NCBI GenBank assembly: GCA_964016885.1
Contig: OZ024758.1
Location: forward strand, 5,642,001-5,706,000
From: Eledone cirrhosa
Lineage: Eukaryota
Direction of reading: 5' to 3'
DNA: 64,000 bases
Below the pieces are notes generated by a model that saw only the letters and a program-made list of their open reading frames with translations, had not been told where the DNA came from and made no database searches. Both the position numbers and the translations under genes were made by a program. Of this stretch, positions 1 to 64,000 are shown one piece after another; the first letter of the stretch is position 1, and the number at the start of each line of letters is the position of its first letter.

Positions 1-64
1 ATATATATATACGCTGTGAGCGCTCTCTCTCTCTATATATATATATACATATATACATATATAT

Positions 65-270
65 GTGGCGGAGTGGTTAGGGAATTGGATTCGCAATCGT
101 AAGGTTGTGAGTTCGATTCCTGGACCGGGCGATGCGTTATGTCCTTGAGCAAGACACTTTATTTCACGTTGCTCCTTCTACCTGGAGTTGCGACCGATAG
201 ATAGTATTAGCAATTGGAAAGACCAACGGAAACATTGTTCCCTCGGTCCGATTTGACGAAAGTCGATCGT
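65..270 (+). mobile_element. tRNA-derived SINE with CORE-like segment
   Basis: A-box TGGCGGAGTGG, B-box GAGTTCGATTCC, then tgtccttgagcaagacactt; near-identical inverted copy at 13974-14131. Confidence 0.7.
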
Positions 271-349
271 TCCTTTTATATATGTATATAAATACCTGTG
301 TATGGGTGCATTTGCGTAATAACAGAAAAGGAAAAGGGGAAAGTCTTAC

Positions 350-56844
<56,495 letters not shown>

Positions 56845-57063
56845 CTGCAAAAAATATTCAAGAAAGAAAACACGAGAGAATAAAGATTAAGATTCCATGC
56901 TAATTATATAATTATAGTTTGTAATTTCGTTATATCTTTAAATAAAAATGAATTTTAATGAAATACTGTGATTTCCGATATATAAGACGCAGTTTTTTTA
57001 TCCTAAAATTTGATGTCAAAATCTATCAGCACAGTGAAGGTATGATTACAATAATAATAATAA

Positions 57064-57430
57064 TGGTTTCGTATACAGGCACAAGGCCAGCATATTTTGG
57101 GGGAGGGGGAAGTCGATTAAATCAACCCCAGTACGTGACTGGTACTTTATTTTATCGACCCCGTAAGGATGAAAGGCAAAGTTAACCTCAGCGGGATTTG
57201 ATCTCAAATCATAAAAGGCTGTAAAGCATGGCGTCCGACCCTCTACCGATACTGCCAATCCACTGCCCTTAAATAATGGTTTCTTATATAGACACAAGGC
57301 CAGCAATTTTGGGGGAGGGGAAAGTCGATTAAATTGACCCCAGTGCATTATTGGTACTTTATTTTATCGATCCCGTAAGGATGAAAGGCAAAATTGACTT
57401 CGGCGGGATTTGAACTCGGAACTTTAAGGG
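57064..57430 (-). mobile_element. two tandem main-family SINE copies
   Basis: family consensus twice. Confidence 0.85.
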
Positions 57431-58660
57431 CAATAACTCGAGAGGCACAAGTATATTGTTTGTAGTCATACCCAATCTTGGGTGTTTCTATGAGGTCGCT
57501 CAAACTGCTAGATAGGAATGGTATTTACATCTTCAAATCACACTCTATTGTCTTTAGAAAGATAAAGACAACTTAGATAAGATCGTCACAGAAACCTTTA
57601 AAAGGTGTATGATCATAGCTAGCAAGTCTTTGATCTTAGAATTGAAGGATCAGGCTTGATCAACTGGGTTAAACACCATCAACAAATTCTGTACAATTAA
57701 AGCCGGCTCTAGCAATAACAATGTACTACAAATTAGATAATACTACACCCTGAAACTAAATAATGCAATACCTTTAGTAAGGCGCTGAACTATTTCTGAT
57801 ATAACAATTCTTTTCTGTTTTAAAAATATTGATTCTTTTAACTGAGTAAAAGAACAATTCTTGGAGTACGTGAGAGACATTTTTATTGTTGTATGGGTTT
57901 GTGTTAGGGCGGTGACTAAGTCACAAACATTCGGTGGCTGTTTTCTGTCCGTGGATAAGTTACTCCCTTCCTTTTATCGATCTCAGAAGACATGGAAATG
58001 GTCGTCAGTGCTGCTCTTTTTCCTCTAACCAGTTTATGAAAACCAATTCAGAGCTGTGAAGTAGAAATGGCGGGGTTTCTCCAATGGAGCATCTCCAGTT
58101 TATATATATTATTATCAGCACAATAAAGGCGGTGGATTGGTAGTATTGGAGAGTCGGACAACATGCTTTGCAGCATAGAGTGACGGTCCTTTACGGTCTG
58201 AGTTCAAATCCCGCCGAGGTTAACTTTGCCTTTCATCATTACGGAGTCGATAAAATAAAGTACCAGTCATACACTGGGGTCGATTTAATCGACTTTCCCC
58301 TCCCCCAAAATTACTGGCCTTGTACCTATACTAGAAATCCTTATTGTATGGGTTTGTATAAGTTACTAGTATTTTATTTTTTAACTTCACTCACATGACA
58401 TTTCAACAATGAAAGAAACGAAAATAAATGCTGGAAAGTATTTTTAGTCCATCATTCTTCCTTTCCCTTTACACAGTCCATAAATAAACTTGTTTTGACT
58501 AGACACAAGGCTTCAATGTGTAGACGTATGATATGGAGTTGACCGACTCAATTCTAGTTCAACTCTGATGTTTGAGTCATCGTCATCAGATTGTTAAAAA
58601 GTCAAGTTAATCAATCCGAGATAAATTTGAGCTCAGAAAGTAGAGAAACGAAATGAAATT

Positions 58661-59298
58661 ACGAGGATAGGCTGAGAAGTTCATAGACTGACTATGCTAG
58701 AGCTGTGAAATCTTGCATGCATTGATTTCAACTCTTCTTATTAATAACTGCATTGTTTCTTTCCAGGGACTATGTTGAAAAATAGACCTCATTTGGTCAT
58801 TCCATGAGAGTATCTTGGTCAGCCTATAAAAGAATGATACTAGAACTGTGAAATCTTGCAGGCATTAATTTCAACTCTTCTTATTAATAACTGCATTGTT
58901 TCTTTCCAGGGACTATGTTGAAAAATAGACCTCATTTGGTCATTCAATGAGAGTATCTTGGTCAGCCTATAAAAGAATGATACTAGAACTGTGAAATCTT
59001 GCAGGCATTAATTTCAACTCTTCTTATTAATAACTGCATTGTTTCTTTCTAGGGACTATGTTGAAAAATAGACCTCATTTGGTCATTCCATGAGAGTATC
59101 TTGGTCAGCCTATGAAGGAGTGATGCTAGTGCTGTGAAATCTTACAGCTAGTGCTGTGAAATCTTGCATGTATTAATTTCAACTCTTCTTATTAATAAAT
59201 GCATTATTTCTTTGCAGGGACAATGTTGAAAAATAAACCCCATTTAGTCATTCCATGAGAGTATCTTAGTAAGCCTATGAACCTTTGAGCAGACCCTC
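58661..59298. mobile_element. mariner-derived MITE with internal ~143-bp tandem amplification (~4 units)
   Basis: acgaggataggctgagaagttcatag ... cctatgaacctttgagcagaccctc; units start near 58698, 58840, 58983, 59148. Confidence 0.75.
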
Positions 59299-59834
59299 AA
59301 CCTATTAGTTCTGGCGATCTACTGTATCGGCTGTTTGCCGTTCTCTTACAGCTATATATTCGCTAAACAATCTCTTCAACATTCTATTTCTGCCAATTCA
59401 AATTTATATAAATAGAACTGTTATCATAGATATATTTGTCACTGTTGATATATTATTTTCTCAGTTAAGACTTCTTAAATTATAAATAACTTAACTGCAA
59501 CTTACTGCAACGCTAGCTGGAGACTTTGCCATTACACACATTTTTTTAATATGTCTAACACGTTCTGTTAACGATTTATCCGTGTTCGTGGGTTTAAGAA
59601 GACATAATAACAATAGCTGAAGTGGAGCATTATTTTAAAATGGTAGCCATCAAGTGATGAGTAATGTTTACAGAATATAAAACAACGGTTGTAGTCTTTA
59701 AACTGTGCAAACAATGTTGCAAAAGAGATTATAAAAACGAAGCTAGTATTACTAACGTTATTCTAATGGCATTTCATTTCTGCGAGATTAAAAATGGAAC
59801 AATTGGAAGCCAACACAGAAATATATTAAGAATT

Positions 59835-59866
<32 letters not shown>

Positions 59867-62800
59867 AATATTTACATACGTAACGTACGTACATGTATGT
59901 ATGTATGTATGTATGTATGTATGTATGTATGTATGTATGTATGTATGTATGTATGTATGTATGTATGTATGTATGTATGTATGTATGTATGTATGTATAT
60001 TCTGATATAACACCTGCAACCCTGATGGTATCCAATGATGTTGACTTGTTTGTTCTTTTTGGTAAATATCATCTTGGTTAAGAGAGTGGGACTGGCTTTG
60101 TGCAGTGCCTTTGCTCACTATAAAAGCTTCACGGCACAGGCATTGCTTTATATCTGGAGATCTCTCTGCACTTGTCGTCACATGGTACCATGGGCCCAGC
60201 ACTATGTGTCAATAATTGTGACAGGTGTAGTGTTTGTACCAGAGTTTTCAAGTCGCTGGCTGGACTAAAAAGTCACACTTGTTCAGCGCATCGGTAGGAG
60301 TTCTCCTACATGGATATAAAGTAGTGGCCGTACTCGAAAACGAGTTGGCAGCCACCATGTATGTATGTATGTATGTATGTATGTATGTATGTATGTATGT
60401 ATGTATGTATGTATGTATGTATGCATGCATGTACGCATGTATGTATGTATGTATTTATGTATGTATGTATTTATGTATGTATGTATGTACATATATATGC
60501 ATGTATCTATATATATACATACGAGGAGGAAGTTCGAAACTGACCCCTCATTGGACACGCGAACAATTATTATGTGGGAAGAACCAACGAAGGAGTCTCA
60601 ATATGGTCACTCGACTTTCTAGAAATAGCAGCTAAATGTCATTAAATATTATATTACCGTCTTAAAAAGTGGTCACATTGGGTAATGTTCTCCTAGATAC
60701 ATTTACTTTCGAAAAATGAAAATACATAATTCATTTATTAATCCTTCCAAACCCAACAAATGCTTAAACGCTGATCAGCTCTGAAACAGACTTTTTAAAT
60801 AGTAAGATTAATTGATAATTAATATCATTTATAATATTTATCAGATGTAAAATACTTTATGATAATTACAGTAATAAAATTTATTTATGTGAAGCAGAGG
60901 TAATTCCTCTAATTTATTCTGCTTGGGAAATGTTGATATATATGTCAATACAGCTCGGTTGAACTACATACAATTCTCATTGGTTTTCTTGTATCAAACA
61001 CACATCTGTTTACAGTTTGTGAGTAAATGCTGGTCAGAGGGAGAACACATTTGTTTCTACTTTTGGCACAAGGCCAGCAATTACCCAGTGTATTACTGGT
61101 ACTTTATTTTATCGACCCCGATATTTTCAGAGGGAGAAAATATTATGCTATAGTTTAGTTTCAACACAATAAATTAGTACATGATCTAGTAGAGAAAAAA
61201 ACCTGGAAAGATTGTATCGCTGACAGTCTTCGCCGTGGATTATGTGTCTTTAATATTGAATTTAATATAGTTTTTATATTTATCAATAAAAAGGCTGTGA
61301 ATTGGCAGAGTCGTTAGAACGTCAGATAGAATATTTTGCATTATTTGTTTCGGCTCTCTGAGTTCAAATCCCGCCGAGGTCAACTTTGCCTTTCATCCAT
61401 TCAATGTCGATAAAAATAATACCAGTCAAGTACTGGGGGTCGATTTTCGCTCTATATCTCTGTCTCACTTCCATTCTTTCACCCTCTCGCTATCCTTCTC
61501 TGGAAGAAATCTGTTGTATTTAAACCTGGAGTGAATTTGGCTCCACCAGGTTTTAAAATGCCTTAGAAACACTGTAGGAGTTACGGGACTTTGCATGCAT
61601 ATTTATCAATACACCAACCAAATCAAATTAAATTCATTTAATTTAGTAATAGTCATAGGCGCTATTCATAGTTGCTAATCATGCTGTTTTACCCTATAGA
61701 TTACATCAATCACTACTACCAACATCATTAGTATTAGTATTAATATAAATTAGTACCATATGGAATTACGATGTGTAAAGCAATAAATTAATGAAGTAAC
61801 ATCGGAAATAAAAAATGGCGTAATTTTTCGCCATTTAATTTTTGTTTCGTTTTCTCGCAGTAGGGTGTAAAACAAAATTAAAGAAATTGCTTATAACAAG
61901 AAATAAAACATCTTTAATTTTCTCATTAATTAGTTTCCCTTCCGCCAGCATGCTTTCCCTTCCGCTAAACTAAGTGATTCTATATGAGTTGTATTGGTTG
62001 GAATGTGATTCTGTCTATACGTAGCTCGCTTGATGTTATTAAAAACAAAAGTTATAAACACCGCAAGCCATGCATGTCTGTATAGTCTCTCACCGCAAAA
62101 CTAAATTATATGTCACAGGTTTCTTTCAAAGGTGGTGGGCTTAAACACAAACTGGTGGACTTAAACACAAATACCCAGTATTGTAAAGACGAGAGAGACT
62201 ACTGTTTATACCAATTATAATAGTGGGTTGGTAGAATCGTCAGAGCGTCGGACAAAATACCTTGTAGCATTTGTTCCGGCTCTTTATGTTCTGATTTCCA
62301 GCCCCAACATAGTCAACTTTGTTTTTGAACCTCCCGGGATCGATAAATTAAAGTACCGGACAAGTACTGGGATCGATTTAATCGACTAACCGATTTTTCC
62401 ACATTCCTCGCCTTGTCTTTGTTAGAGATACAAAAAAGTATTAGAAAAATTGTTAGAAAATATAATTGTTTCTACTTTTGGCTCAAGGCCAGCAATTATC
62501 CCAGTGCATTACTGGTAATTTATTTTATCGACCCCTTAAGGATGAAAGGCAAAGTTAACCTCGGTGGGATTTGAACTCAAACCATAAAGGGCCGTAACTC
62601 TATGCTGCAAAGCATGGCGTCCGACCCTCTACCGATACTGCCAATCCACCACCACCCAATGTCTGGTTGGCCGTCTGTAGATGGTGACTTCAAGAGTAGA
62701 TTTGATCGACTGCTCCCCTCCGCTCCTATTGCACTAGCCATACTCCATGGTATCGCTTTTGCCGTTTTGTCCGCCAGGTGTGGCTGAGATACAGCTCAGA

Positions 62801-62995
62801 CTGGGGTGTAGTGTCTGTCCCCTCCCCCCTCTCCCTTTCGACATTTGATCCTTCTTTCTTTTAGCCCTTTTCATTTTTCTGTTTTCTTCTTTCTATTCTG
62901 TTCCCATTAGTAGTGTGACACAACGTCACGCAGTCTCTGAAACTGTCTACTCATTGGTGGATAGGGGTTAGTCAAATTTAAGCCTGTCTTGGTGA

Positions 62996-63400
62996 TCATC
63001 ATCATCATCATCATCATCAGCATTATCCGGCGGCCTCAGCCGGAATGGACTCAACAATTGGTCTCCACGTGGGTCTGTGGTTCATTGCCGTTGCCAAGCC
63101 CTAGATTTCAACACCAGAATCTCTGGAGATGACATCGGGATAAGAGAGCTTGCGCCCTTTGTTATTAGTGACTGCTTGTGGTTTCCAAAGCCCTAATGGG
63201 GACACAGCCTCAGAAGTGGCACGATGGCAGTGGCCAGCAAATAGGGATAGGAGAGCTTGCGCCCTTTGTTATTAGTGACTGCTTGTGGTGATGCTTAGTA
63301 CTGTTGACTAGATTTCAATCAACAGTTATACAGATACTCTCCACGGCTCAACTATCTGCAGCTCTCAGCGCTCCAGTTAACATGGAACCTATTATCAAGC
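62996..63400 (-). mobile_element. RTE-like LINE 3' fragment with (TGA)n tail
   Basis: FAGHCHRATSEAVSPLGLWKP...GRKLSYPDVISRDSG...AMNHRPTWR. Confidence 0.75.
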
Positions 63401-63464
63401 TCTAGTTCAGTTATTGAAATAACTCAACATAACCCGCTCCACTACACCACAGGCTAACAATCTC

Positions 63465-63512
<48 letters not shown>

Positions 63513-63517
<5 letters not shown>

Positions 63518-63669
63518 AACCAGTAAGACCCCCGACAGCTGAGCTCAAGCCGTTTCGACCGAGCTCAGCTGTCGGGGTCTTACTGGTTCCTATTACCCAC
63601 TCTACTACTTCAAGTATTGAGTACTTTGGTGCGTTATGGTCCACCTGGTTCCTTACCACATTTCCTTCG

Positions 63670-63672
<3 letters not shown>
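63513..63672 (-). mobile_element. (TA)n-embedded terminal-hairpin element, variant copy
   Basis: arms 63513-63546 and 63561-63593 with compensatory changes relative to 42224. Confidence 0.85.
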
Positions 63673-63704
<32 letters not shown>

Positions 63705-64000
63705 TACACATACATATATATTTATATATATATTTATTTATTTCCGTTACATATTTTACATGCATCGTTTCACATTTTCTATCCTATCCTTACTATTGGT
63801 ATGTTAGTCTTCCTTTGACATCACATATTTTCTTTGATGTATCACCTTAAACCGGACACTTAATGCCCATGCTAACAATTTGTTTAACAGTGGTAATCAG
63901 TGGTGCATATCTATATTAATCAGAAATTTTCTGACTCATTCTCTATCTGCCCGTCATTCTGTCAGCCTAGCTGTCTACCTGTCTATCAGTCTACCTGTCT

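Noticed and set aside
65-125. tRNA gene (also 18153-18220)
   Set aside because: A and B boxes run into a SINE body with no complete cloverleaf.
56845-64000. Upstream prodomain exon or promoter
   Set aside because: No exon with the expected prodomain motifs and a phase-0 donor was found; gtaagt near 59500 lacks ADAMTS-like coding sequence.

Overview
AT-rich, microsatellite-dense eukaryotic DNA. The repeat landscape suggests a coleoid cephalopod, probably Octopus (inference). The whole window is the interior of one minus-strand gene, an ADAMTS16/18-like secreted metalloprotease. Thirteen GT-AG exons (350-56844) splice in phase into 1729 nt (576 codons + 1 nt): end of the prodomain, furin site RRKR, catalytic domain with HEIGHNFGMLHD and Met-turn, disintegrin-like domain, TSP1 and Cys-rich domain. 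Start and stop lie outside the window. The introns contain tRNA-derived SINEs, MITEs (Tc1/mariner, Tc2, pogo, piggyBac, hAT-like), LINE 3' fragments (RTE, CRE, Tx1, R4/Dong-like), minisatellites and many hairpins. Almost all long ORFs in the track are microsatellite artefacts. Most unusual: a (TA)n-embedded ~165 bp element with a 40-bp terminal hairpin whose arms co-vary between copies, one copy carrying an apparent templated insertion; a repeat bearing minimal-hammerhead cores; a 1-kb minisatellite grown from a SINE A-box; a retrotransposon nest in the intron splitting the zinc-binding motif; and a candidate 12-nt microexon. Repeat family names come from recalled motifs, not database searches, and repeat boundaries are approximate.
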